Origin: Eledone cirrhosa
Lineage: Eukaryota
Direction of reading: 5' to 3'
DNA length: 64,000 nt
Assembly (NCBI GenBank): GCA_964016885.1
Contig: OZ024741.1
Span: 264,926,001-264,990,000, forward strand
In this document: positions 36,001-47,869 of the stretch, piece after piece
Layout of the letters: every line of letters starts with the position of its first letter
How positions within the stretch are numbered: the first letter of the stretch is position 1
Made by a program: the position numbers and the translations under genes
The notes under the pieces: model-generated
Told to the model about the DNA's origin: nothing
Database searches by the model: none
The model's input: only the letters and a program-made list of their open reading frames with translations

Positions 36001-36621
36001 CGCAGTGTTTTATGGGTATATATAAATAAGTAAACAGTAAAATTATAATGAAATGATAAATAGATTTTTAAATATAAGTGAATACATATAAAATTATATA
36101 TAAACACAATAATTCAATAATTTCGAATTATTATTCATTATTATTTTTTGTTAAAAGTGGCTGAAAGTAACAAAATGAAACTGAAGCTAGCAGTGAAGTG
36201 AAGGTCCATGGCTTAGTGGTTAGAGGTTTGGATTTACAATCGTGAGGTTGAGAGTTCGATTCCTGGACTGGGCAATGCGTTATGTCCAAGACACTTTATT
36301 TCATGACCCTGGTCTTTCTAGGAGTTACGATAGTATCAACAATGGAAAAACCAATGGAAATATTATTTACTTGGTCCGATTTGACGAGTTCCACACCACT
36401 CGATAAAGGTCTGGGGGTCTTATCGATCAATTCAATCGATCTAGCAATGAATCCAGAATGTTAAAACCTAACTTGGTTTTGCTGAATTAATGAAACGAAT
36501 AAATTAAATCATGCTTCCACCCACAAATGTTTATATTTTGGATTATATTTAAACTAATCTTCGGAATTTTGTTTTAAATACTGTACACACACACACATAT
36601 ATATATATATATAGTAATAAT

Positions 36622-37375
36622 AATAAATTTGAAGACTAAAGTCCAAAGAGGGCTCGATAAGGATAAATATATATCAAATATATAAGAACCGTAGAGCAAA
36701 TATTTATTAAAATAACAGATTAAAGTTTAAGCAAAGAATCGCTGCTTTCACCCTTAACGGAATCTTCTGAAACTAACAAAGTCAATCTGTAAACGCAGAA
36801 GTGGATATTTCAAAAAACGTTGCAACCGGAGGAAGACAGGAAGACGATACTTTGGTTCGTGGAAACGTTCCCTGGCAAAGAACGGGAAAAAACAAATATA
36901 ATACGTCATTAATGGGAGCGGTGAAAAACAATTACGCGCAAAGACGTCTCTATGCACCACCTAAGAGAACATTAGTCTACGACTTCTTTTATACCATAAA
37001 CGTGGTTCTGTCTTTGCGCGTAATTGTTTTTCACCGCTCCCATTAATGACGTATTATATTCGTTTTTTCCCGTTCTTTGCCAGGGAACGTTTCCACGAAC
37101 CAAAGTATCGTCTTCCTGTCTACCTCCGGTTGCAACGTTTTTTGAAATATCCACTTCTGCGTTTACAGATTGACTTTGTTAGTTTCAGAAGATCCCGTTA
37201 AGGGTGAAAACAGCGATTCTTTGCTTAAACTTTAATCTGTTATTTTAATAAATATTTGCTCTACAGGTTTTTATATATATTTATATATTTTATATTTATA
37301 TTTATATATTTTATATATTTTATATATATAATCCTTATCGAGCCCTCTTCAGATTTTAGTCTTCACATTTATTAT
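36622..37375. repeat. Long fold-back element, about 320-bp inverted arms with about 65-bp spacer
   Basis: ORFs 36801+ and 37154- translate almost identically. The right-arm end also occurs at 29515-29678. Confidence 0.92.
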
Positions 37376-37564
37376 TCTGAGTTCAAATCCCACCGAGGTT
37401 AACTTTGCCTTTCATCCTTACGGGGGTCGATTAAATAAAGTACCAGTAATACACTGGGATAATTGCCGACCTTGTGCTAACAGTAGAAACAATTATTACT
37501 ATATATATATATATATATATATGAGTAACCACAGTTAGTAATGTACTGAATACATTAGCAGAGT

Positions 37565-37695
37565 GTAAACATCATGTTTAGTATAGAAATGGCTTCTACA
37601 GGACTAGAACCGTTTCAATCAGGAAAGCCCTGATGATTTCTTTTGAATGAAACAGTTCTTGTCCTGTTGAAGCCATTTCTATATTAAACATGATT
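37565..37695 (+). repeat. Second fold-back copy of the 32.1-kb hammerhead family, degenerate
   Basis: CTGATGA at 37630, GAAACAG at 37649, triplet GTT; inverted left arm 37571-37616. Confidence 0.65.
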
Positions 37696-38169
37696 TCGCA
37701 GCTCTGGGATCACTCCTTCATAGTGAGCCTATGAATTTTTCGGTCTGCCCTCGTGTGATTATTATATTTTCCATTATTGCCAGTCCTAATTCAAATTATG
37801 TCGCTTTTATCTCACCCCAACCGCTCTGCACCCCCACCATCACTTATCCTTTTTTCTTTCTTTTTTTTTTCAAAGAAACCATGTAAATATTGGGAAAGAA
37901 ATGATAAAAATATATATAATTAAATTTACATTGTTTTTTACTTATACTTTCTGGAAGTAAGAAGATCAAATAGAAGGAATGTGAACAAAAATATATTGAA
38001 GCAAACCAAGTTGATGTTGAATTGATGTATTTTAATATAAATAAATCATTTTATCAGCTTTTTTTTAATGTTTTAAAATAATTTAATTAGAACTGATATT
38101 TTATAGCGAAGCATTTATATTTTTATGTTTTAATTTAAGTTACTTTACTGAGCATACAAAGGTGCTTGT

Positions 38170-38199
38170 ATATATATCTATCTATATCTATCTATATAT

Positions 38200-38267
<68 letters not shown>

Positions 38268-38284
38268 TATATATATATAAATGC

Positions 38285-38347
<63 letters not shown>

Positions 38348-38364
38348 TATATACACACACACAC

Positions 38365-38463
<99 letters not shown>

Positions 38464-38480
38464 TATATACACACACACAC

Positions 38481-38556
<76 letters not shown>

Positions 38557-38640
38557 CTATATATTATAAGCCCTATATACATATGGATGTGTGGTATTAT
38601 CGGAAAGGCATTATTTATGTGTGAGTGTGTGTGTGTATGT

Positions 38641-38712
<72 letters not shown>

Positions 38713-39126
38713 GTGTGTGTGTGTGTGTACTGATATATATGCACAACTCTGTGTATGTGTTGTGAGTGCTTTCTAAACACTTGTTCATATATGGGTGGGC
38801 ATATATAGATGTGTATATTTTTGTAGGTGTGTATAGTGATAGTGATGTTCATGTTATTCAACATACATGTGTATATATGAATACTTACGTGTTGTTTGAT
38901 TGTATACCAATTTGATTTCAAGTGTCTACGAATGATGGTCTATGTGTATGCATGTATATGTGTATATATGCGTGTATATATGTGTATATGTGTACGCATG
39001 AGCCTGGGAAGGTTTACGTATGTGTATGTATATATATATATATATTTGTTTGTATGTATGTATATATGTATATATATATATATAAATGTTTATATATGTA
39101 TATATATATATATATATGTATGTGTA

Positions 39127-39215
<89 letters not shown>

Positions 39216-39297
39216 ACGTGTGTGTGTGTGTATAAATATATATATATTTATATATATATACGTACGTATGTGTGTGCTGGGCATAAATGGGTGATGT

Positions 39298-39328
<31 letters not shown>

Positions 39329-39345
39329 TGTATGTGTGTGTGCCT
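38170..39345. repeat. (TA)n/(TG)n/(AG)n microsatellite field
   Basis: Direct reading. Confidence 0.95.
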
Positions 39346-39762
39346 ATGTTATATGATCACAGAGAGTTTTCAAATCAAGAGCAAGTAGCTATTGCAGAAG
39401 TTTAGTTTAGTACAGTAAAAGTTTCTAGAACAGAACAGAAAGAAAAAACAAAAACAAGAGCATAAGGTGTCAACTATAGAATATATATCTAACACTGAAC
39501 ATTAGGGATGTGAGCTGCATGTGTAGACACCAAGTTGGAAACAACACTACACTTACACATTATATTTAGAATTAAATCCGTGGTTAGGGATTAACAAACA
39601 CCTGGCTGTGTTCTACAGTACACCCACACATCATAAATACTTTGGAATCCAGAATGATGGAGCAAAAGTTAAGAAAATTGATTTTATATGAAGTTCATAT
39701 ATAATTTAGCCATAAATAATTTAAATAGTTAACGATCCACGGAGATTTTAAAGTCCATCGAT

Positions 39763-41064
39763 TTATCGAGAAGACTTTTCAGGAGAGAATCCCTCTATCT
39801 TCTCGGAAGTATTACTTTCTCCCTCTGCTGGCGAAATTGGTGATTTCACAGGTGACTTGACAGGAATCATGCATGCCGGCTTCCCATTCTTCATTTCTAA
39901 CGAGTTTATCGCTGGTGAAGCTTGGGGAGATTTATCGGTAACATTCATCACTGGAGACTTTTCAGGTGAGCTTTGTGGTGAAGGACTTGACGATGGCCCA
40001 GAAGAACTCATTGCTACGAAACTAGGAGATTTTTCTGGGCTAATGGAAATCATACTAGGAGACTTTTCGGTACTTCTCGTGGGTATCATTGTTGGAGACT
40101 TTTCTGGACTCTTTGTAGGGATCATACTCTGAGCTACATCTGGGCTTCTAGTTGGTATCATAGAGGGAGCCTTTTCTGGACTCTTGTTGGGAGATAGATT
40201 TGGTGTTATATCTGGACTCTTTGTTGGTACTTTAGTAGGAGACATATCAGGACTCCTAGTCGGGATCATAGAGGGAGGTTTTTCAGGGCTCTTATTAGGG
40301 ATTGATACATTTGGGCCTTTTGTTGGCGACTTATTAGGAGACACATCTGGACTTCTGGTAGGTATCATAGATGGGACCTTTTCAGGACTCAGGGTTGGTA
40401 TTTCAGAGCTCTTAGATTTCACGTCGTTTTGAGATTTTTCTTGACTTTCATTTGTTATAATTGGTGATATGTCTGAATTCCGAAGATTACTAGAAGCTGA
40501 AGAAAGGTTTAAACCTTCAACAGGACCAGCAGGGATCTCTGGATTTAAGATTGGAATTGGACTTGGCAACTTTTCTGGAATGGTTTCAGGTACAGGACTC
40601 GGTGGTTGCGGAGAACTTTTGCCAGAGATTTGGTTAGGAGATTTTACTCGATCACCTGTTGGGAGTGAGTTTGGTGACTTTAATGGACTTTTTATTGGTG
40701 CAGTTTCTGGCGATTTTACACCTGTTTTAAGAGCAGTTGAACCGAGTGGCTTGTCCGGGCTTTTGATTGGCGATTTTTCGGTTGTCTTTGCCTTCATCTT
40801 GTCTTGTTTTGTTTTGTCCCCCAGTTTACCTTTATCAGGAGTATCTTTTGGCGTTCTGGTTCCTGTTTTAGCTGCACTTTTCACAGGAGTTCCTTGGTTT
40901 TCTGATCTCGCAGAACCCTTGTACCCTGTCACATAGCCACTCTTATCGGCTTTATCAGCACGTCCACTTGCTCCTCTGCCTTTTCCAGCACTGTCAAATC
41001 TTTCCCTATGGGAACCCGTGTACCGAGAAGTATCGGTCAAGTTCGAAACAATCTTTGTAGATTT
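39763..41064 (-). CDS. TPPP: TPPP/p25-alpha family protein, last coding exon: p25 C-terminal signature plus about 385-aa Ser/Pro tail
   Basis: Acceptor tctctttgcag| in phase 0. [35 protein letters not shown] is the p25-alpha signature with GxGxxGR. Stop TAA at 39763. Confidence 0.9.
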   Translation of the reverse strand, partial: KSTKIVSNLTDTSRYTGSHRERFDSAGKGRGASGRADKADKSGYVTGYKGSARSENQGTPVKSAAKTGTRTPKDTPDKGKLGDKTKQDKMKAKTTEKSPIKSPDKPLGSTALKTGVKSPETAPIKSPLKSPNSLPTGDRVKSPNQISGKSSPQPPSPVPETIPEKLPSPIPILNPEIPAGPVEGLNLSSASSNLRNSDISPIITNESQEKSQNDVKSKSSEIPTLSPEKVPSMIPTRSPDVSPNKSPTKGPNVSIPNKSPEKPPSMIPTRSPDMSPTKVPTKSPDITPNLSPNKSPEKAPSMIPTRSPDVAQSMIPTKSPEKSPTMIPTRSTEKSPSMISISPEKSPSFVAMSSSGPSSSPSPQSSPEKSPVMNVTDKSPQASPAINSLEMKNGKPACMIPVKSPVKSPISPAEGESNTSEKIEGFSPEKSSR

Positions 41065-41324
41065 CTGCAAAGAGAAGACATTAAAATATCAATTAAAACA
41101 TTTAGGGGTCAAAGGTTTGTGAAAGGTAGGAAACATATGGGTGCAGATCTGTTAGAAATGGCTTAGTTGTACAAATGTAAAATATGTTAAAAAGAACTTA
41201 CTCAGAATTTTATCATAAAAGTATAATCTATTTCATAATATTTTACATAAATTTTATAGTTTTTACAACATTGGAGAAAAATACCTTATAGTTTCGTTTA
41301 CCCATCTCTACAACTGTAAAGCAG

Positions 41325-41662
41325 GGAATTGGCAGAATCATTATAACATCAGAGAGAATGTTTTGCGGTATTCGTTCAGAATCTCTGCTCTCTGCGTTTA
41401 AATCCCGCTAAGGTCAACTTTCCCTTTCATCCTTTCAAGATCGATAAAAAAAGTACCAGTCAAATACTAGGGTCGATTCTTCCTCTATATTTCTTTTTCA
41501 ATTTCATTCTCTCGCTTTCTATCCTTCTCTTGATGAAATCTGTTGTTGTATTCAGACCTGGAGAGGAGATGGGCTCCACCAGGTTTTAAAATGCCCTAAA
41601 ACACTGTATGCCCCTACGACTCCCCCAAGAGTTACGGGACCATACATACATACATACATACA
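41325..41662 (+). mobile_element. Nin-domain SINE subfamily with a distinct long 3' tail ending GGACCATAC(ATAC)n
   Basis: Tail GAAATCTG..CAGACCTGGAGAGGAGATGGG..GAGTTAC(G/A)GGACCAT. Other copies at 45455-45790, 47395-47830, 54110-54455(-) and 55530-56165. Confidence 0.72.
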
Positions 41663-43449
41663 ACTGTAAAAACCTTGTACTGATATACAAAATATTTTTT
41701 ATCCAGGTGGTACAAAAAAAACTCAACACCTTGACCATTTTTCGAAGGTGTAAAAATAAATCAAAATAAAATTGGTTAAATTTTTCATCAAAGTGAAGGC
41801 CATGCTGGATGACACACTACACACCCTGGGCTGAAATTGAAACCATAAACCAGAGTATTGATTGATAGTTCACACATTGTATCTTGACTCCCACCCTATC
41901 TTAAAACCTTTGGGTTTTTATACAAAAATCTTCAATATTGCAGTAGAATATAAGTCTGAAAGGAGAGGCAACAGAGAGGAGTTCCAGCTAGATCTTGTCA
42001 ACAAAATCTCCAAGAGTCATGACCAAGAGCACCCCCCCCCCCTAGAGTGTAAGAAGCTAGGGATAGAAACACTTGCTTGAGCTCTCCTGGGAGAGTTTCT
42101 TAACACTTTAAATGGTTATTATAGACTTCAATACACCAGTAGAATATCTAAATGGCTATTGTATGTTGATTTACTTCATCTCAATTTCTTCATTAAAGTT
42201 GCGGAGTGTTGTGTCACGAAATGCCATGTCTTCGGGTGTCTTCAAACGGATCTGTCCACAACTGGGAACGAAAATAGGACCCTGGAGGGTGGCGGAGAGT
42301 ATGAAGCTATGATGCAAAGTATATTATCGAAAGCTAAATTTTATTCCCATATTTGATGAGTTCACTCCCATTTCTAAGAATATTTCTCGCTATAAATAGT
42401 AAAGCTAACAGTATAAAGGAATCGTGAAGGTGCGTGGCTTTGTGGTGAAGGTATTTGGCTCACAATTGTAAGGTCGTGAGTTTGATTCCCGGTAGTGTGT
42501 TGTGTCCTTAAACAAGACAATTTTTTTCACGTTGCTCCAGTCCACTCAGCTGGCAAAAATGAGTTGTGTCACGCTGAATCTCCCTGAGAACTACGTTAAG
42601 GTTACATGTGTCTGTGGAATGCTCAGCCACTTGTACATTAATTTCACGAGCACGCTGTTCCGTTTATCGTATCAAGTGGAACACTCGTCGTCGTAACCGA
42701 GGGAGTGCCCAGTAATATAAAAGAAACTCAAACTTGCACGTTATTAGAGGATGATAGTCTGAACTAACATGTGGCTACACTGAGATGCACTAGTTAACCT
42801 CTGTGTTCTCTCAGGCATATAAACTACCAGATCTATCGTTGTCATCAACTATATCTTGAGCAAGACTTCTTCCCTATCAACAATCCAGCAGTAAATAAGG
42901 AATTGAAACATTAGATAAAGTAGTATTACATGTTCTTAGAAAAATGGGATGGTCACAGTTGGTATGTCTTTAGCTATAGGTCTACTCAATCAAGGTAGAC
43001 TTGCAACTAAACATCACCAATCGCATAATAATATAAATGGCCATGGATTTTGGAGAATTTCTAAAACTTGAATGGGATCTCGGAATGATGTACTAGAAAT
43101 ATATGAGGGTTGGCCGAAAAGTTCATATTATGACCAAGATACTCTCATAGAATGATCAAATGAGGTTTATTTTTCAATATAGTCCCTGGAATGAAACAAT
43201 GCAGTTATTGATAGGAAGAGTTGAAATTAATGCATGCAATATTTCACAGCTCTAGCATCATTCCTTTATAGCTTATGAACTTTTCAGTCAACTTTTGTAC
43301 TGAAACTTCGTTTATCTTCAATAATCCAAGCAATTTGTAGACAAAAACTCCCTCTAGGTGGGTTTAAAATCTAAAACCAAGGATCAAACTGTATCACCAA
43401 TATAAAACTCAACCTTGTTACTAATTATAATAATGAATTGTTCAAATGT

Positions 43450-43655
43450 TCCGCTGGGGATACAACCTGATCAATTGGAGAGGGTTGCTGCTGACAGGAC
43501 CCTCTGGAAGGAGTACTTGAGTACTCTTCCCTCCACGACCCTCACAAGACGAAGAAGAAGAAGAAGAAGAAGAAGAAGAAGAAGAAGAAGAAGAAGAAGA
43601 AGAAGAAGAAGAAGAAGAAGAAGAAGAAGAAGAAGAAGAAGAAGAAGAAGAAGAA
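43450..43655 (+). mobile_element. Short RTE 3' end with (GAA)n tail
   Basis: LGIQPDQLERVAADRTLWKEYL, homologous to 44845-44945. Confidence 0.7.
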
Positions 43656-43731
43656 ATGACTGTATTAAGTGAGAAAAACTACAACAACAAAAACAACAAA
43701 AAACAACGAAATCCGTTGCTAGGTTACATAC

Positions 43732-43900
43732 AATTTCTTTTACTCCTGGAGTTCCTTTCTTAATTAATTCACGAAACTCATTAGTATATTTCTCAATACT
43801 TTCATCTTCTCGGCTCAGTTTGGTATTCTTTGTCTTCATTTTGGCATATTCAAAGGCGCAGTCAGCAATGAATGAAGGGAACTTGGAAATATGCATGTAC
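43732..43900 (-). CDS. TPPP: TPPP/p25-alpha family protein, middle coding exon (169 nt)
   Basis: Acceptor ctctttctctag|, donor |gtatgt. Phases match both neighbouring exons. Reads YMHISKFPSFIADCAFEYAK..ELIKKGTPGVKEI. Confidence 0.82.
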
Positions 43901-44049
43901 CTAGAGAAAGAGAGATGAGAGAAAAGAAACAACGTGGGGAACAACATTATATACATTGCTGGCCTTGTGCCAAAAAGTAGAAACAATTATATACATGTCT
44001 ATGTCTCTCTCTACTAGTCAATCAGAGCACGGATGGATATCTAATTACA

Positions 44050-45240
44050 TTTTAGTGGTTAGAATGTCTCAGGAAAGAACACTGGAGTCACTCCAGGTAG
44101 AGCTGCTACTTCTCCGAATTGAGAGATCACAGCTCAGACACTATACGCATGTGGTTAGACTGTCTCAGGAAAGAATCACTGGAGTCACTCCAGGTAGAGC
44201 TGCTTCTTCTCCGAATTGAGAGATCACAGCTCCGATATTACAGACATGTGGTTAGACTGTCTCAGGAAAGAATCAGTGGAGTCACTCCAGGTAGAGCTGC
44301 TACTTCTCCGAATTGAGAGACCACAGCTCCGATATTACAGACATGTGGTTAGAATGTCTCAGGAAAGAATCAGTGGAGTCACTCCAGGAATAGCTGCTTC
44401 TTCTCCGAATTGAGAGACCACAGCTCCGATATTACAGACATGTGGTTAGAATGTCTCAGGAAAGAATCACTGGAGTCACTCCAGGTAGAGCTGCTACTTC
44501 TCCGAATTGAGAGACCACAGCTCCGATATTACAGACATGTGGTTAGAATGTCTCAGGAAAGAATCACTGGAGTCACTCCAGGTAGAGCTGCTACTTCTCC
44601 GAATTGAGAGACCACAGCTCCGATATTACAGACATGTGGTTAGAATGTCTCAGGAAAGAATCACTGGAGTCACTCCAGGTAGAGCTGCTACTTCTCCGAA
44701 TTGAGAGACCACAGCTCCGATATTACAGACATGTGGTTAGAATGTCTCAGGAAAGAATCGCTGAACAGATTTTACGGAAAAAAACAAGGGGGGGGGGGGC
44801 TCGATCAAGATGATTGGATAATATCCATGCACTTGGCTGATCTCGCTTGGGGATCCAACTGGATCAGTTGGATACGGGTGCATCTGACAGGAGCTGCTGG
44901 AAGGAATGTTTGAGGACACTGCCCCCTCGGCCCTCTCAGGAATAAGTGGGAGAAGAAGAAGAAGAAGAAGAAGAAGAAGAAGAAGAAGAAGAAGAAGAAG
45001 AAGAAGAAGAAGAAGAAGAAGAAAAAGAAGAAGAAAGAGAAAAAGAAAAAGAAAAAGAAAAAGAAGAAGAAGAGAAAGAAGAAGAAAAAGAAGAAAAAGA
45101 AGAAAAAGAAGAAAAAGAAGAAAAAAGAAAAAGAAGAAGAAAAATAAAAATAAAAAAAGAAGAAGAAAAAGAAGAAGAAGAAGAAGAAGAAGAAGAAGAA
45201 GAAGAAGAAGAAGAAGAAGAAGAAGAAGAAGAAGAAGACG
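44050..45240 (+). mobile_element. RTE 3' fragment with a 97-bp internal segment amplified about 7x, and long (GAA)n tail
   Basis: Unit translates LESLQVELLLLRIERPQLRYYRHVVRMSQERI; period 97 from ORF starts 44119, 44216, 44410, 44507, 44604, 44701. Confidence 0.85.
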
Positions 45241-46417
45241 ACGACGACGAAGACGTTACACGGGAAAGGTACATAATATACCACATAACATGTGACTTGT
45301 ATCTAGAAGTAATATGTGATATAAAATGTCTTGTACGTTAATTGAACCTGTGTCATAGACTCGGCACCTGAAGTGACTATTAGCATGAATTTCCTAATTA
45401 ATTCACGTCTTACTTACCGAAATTGTTATCTAATTGTTTATTATTGTTTCATTAGCGGCGAATTGTCAGAGTCATTAGAATGTCGGATAGAATGTCGGAT
45501 AGAATGTCGGATAGAATGTTTTGTGGGATTCATTCCGACTTTCTGCTCTCTGAGTGCAAATCCCGCCGAGCTCAAATTTGAGATCGATAAAAAAAAGTAC
45601 CATTTTAGTACTGGGGTCGATTCTTCCTCTATATCTCTTTTTCACTTCCTCTCCCTCACTTTCCATTCTTCTCTGGAAGAAATCTGCTGTATTTAGACCT
45701 GGAGAGGAGATAGTTTTTACCTGGTTTAAAATTCCATAGAAACACCCATACGACTCCATCAGGAGTTACAGGACTATATCATACCATACCATTGTTGTTT
45801 CACTTTACGGTATTGGTTTTGTTCTAGGCCCAGAGCCCATCATCCTCTCCTTTTCCCCATCACTTTCTTCTCTGGTCCAAGAGTCCTCGCTTTTTCTCTC
45901 CTTTCCTCTCGTTTATGGCATTTATAATTCTTTCCCCTCCTTTCCCATACAGCCAGATCTGACCCTCTTTACCACTTTCTCTTTTTCTCATTACCTAATT
46001 TTGTTTTTATCTTTCTTTTTTCATATTTATGTAAATATCAATGGTTTTAAAGCCAACTTTGTGAGTGAAACACATGTATTGAGAATAAACAGTTTTTTTT
46101 TTTATATTAAAGTTTACATCAAGAATTTAAAAAACAAACTTTAGAAATAAACTCAAGAAATGTGATATTAATACAGTGGATTGGCAATAATCGGTAGAGC
46201 GTCGGATATTATGTTTTGCGGCATATAGTTACGGTCCTTTACATTCTGAGTTCAAATCCCACCGAGGTCAGCTTTGCCTTTCATCCTTACAGGGTCAATA
46301 AAAAAAAATGCAGCAGTAACGTACTGGGCGATTTGATCGACCCCCGCCCCCACCGAAAAAAAAAATTGTTAGCCTTGTGCCTAAATCAGAAACAATATTG
46401 ATATAATTTTTACTCAC

Positions 46418-46659
46418 TGCTTTCCCTTTTCTTTGTATTTGGGGAAGACACAGGCATCAGCAATGGTCTGCACTTCCTTCGGTAAAGTCTTACGAACTAG
46501 TTTCCCGCAGGCTTTGCAGTTCATTTGCTTTAGCTCCTCAGGTGTTAGTTTTTTGCCGACTGACGAAACACGAACAAATTCTTTAAAAACTTTGTTTATT
46601 TCTGTATTTTCGTCTGGTTTTTTCTCCTCGGGAGAAACTGGAGATTCCTTTGTCGCCAT
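46418..46659 (-). CDS. TPPP: TPPP/p25-alpha family protein, first coding exon (242 nt)
   Basis: MATKESP..VFKEF..QMNCKACGKL..DACVFPKYKEKGK resembles the p25 N-terminal half. Donor |gtgagt; acceptor catttcag| 13 nt upstream of the ATG. 242+169+1302 nt = 570 aa plus stop. Confidence 0.85.
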
Positions 46660-47489
46660 CGTTTGACTCTATCTGAAATGACAAATTAAATAAATATTAT
46701 TAGATAAATATATATTAATTAGGTCGAAATATATAATGACAAAATTATATTTTTAATGTTGTATTTTGAGAGGGTCTTTATGACAATGGAAAATACAAAA
46801 ACCAAACATATTTTATTATTATTATGAGTTCAAGGGTGGTGGATTGGCAGTGTCGGTAGAGAGTCGGACACCATGCTTTCCAGCATAGTTACGACCCTTT
46901 ACGATCTGAGCTCAAATCCCGTCGAGGTTAACTTTGCCTTTCATCCTTACGGGGTCGATAAAATAAAGTACCAGTAACGCACTGGCGTCGATTTAATCGA
47001 CTTTCCCCTCTCCCAAAATTACTTATGTGCCTTTATAAGAAACCATTATTAGGGCGGTGGATTGGTAGTATCTGTAGAGAGTCGGACACCATTTGCAGCA
47101 TAGAGTTACGATTCTTTACGGTCTGAGTTCAAATCCCGCCGAGGTTAACTTTGCCTCTCATCTCTACGGGGTCGATAAAATAAAGTACCAGTACGTACTG
47201 GAGTCGATTTAAGCGACTTCCCCCTCCCCCCAAATTACTGGCCTTGTGCCTATACTAGAAATTATTATTATTAATCCCGCCGAGGTTAACTTTGCCTTTC
47301 ATCCTTACGGGATCGATAAAATAAAGTACCAGTAATGCACTGGGGTAATTGCTGGCCTTGTGCCTAAAGTAGAAACAATTATTATGATTGTTGTGGAATG
47401 GCAGTATCGAAAAGCTGATGTCAATTTTGCCTTTCGTCCTTTCGAGGTCGATAAAAAAAGTACCAGTCTAGTACTGGGGTCGCTTCCTC

Positions 47490-47690
47490 CTCTATCTCTC
47501 TTTCTTACTTTCTCTCTCCCACTCTATATCTCTTTCTTACTTTCTCTCTCCCACTCTATATCTCTTTCTTACTTTCTCTCTCCCACTCTATATCTCTTTC
47601 TTACTTTCTCTCTCCCACTCTATATCTCTTTCTTACTTTCTCTCTCCCACTCTATATCTCTTTCTTACTTTCTCTCTCCCACTCTATATC
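47490..47690 (+). repeat. 32-bp tandem repeat about x6 inside a SINE
   Basis: ACTCTATATCTCTTTCTTACTTTCTCTCTCCC. Confidence 0.85.
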
Positions 47691-47869
47691 GTTCACTGGA
47701 AGAAATCTGCTATGTTCAGACCTGGAGAGGAGATGGGCTCTGCCAAGCTTAAAATGCCCAAGAAACACTGTATGCTAAAACGGCGTCCTTACCACTCTAT
47801 CAGAGGTTACGGAACCACACCGCACCATATAACCATCTGTGGTCTCCTGCCAATATTGGAAACAACTGG

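Noticed and set aside
41690-42010. Possible piggyBac transposase remnant (RWYKKL, REEFQLDLV)
   Set aside because: Too short and fragmented to support.
44050-44760. Regularly spaced repeats suggesting a CRISPR-like array (also 55813-56160 and 60599-62420)
   Set aside because: No unique spacers, eukaryotic context, units derive from LINE/SINE or simple repeats.
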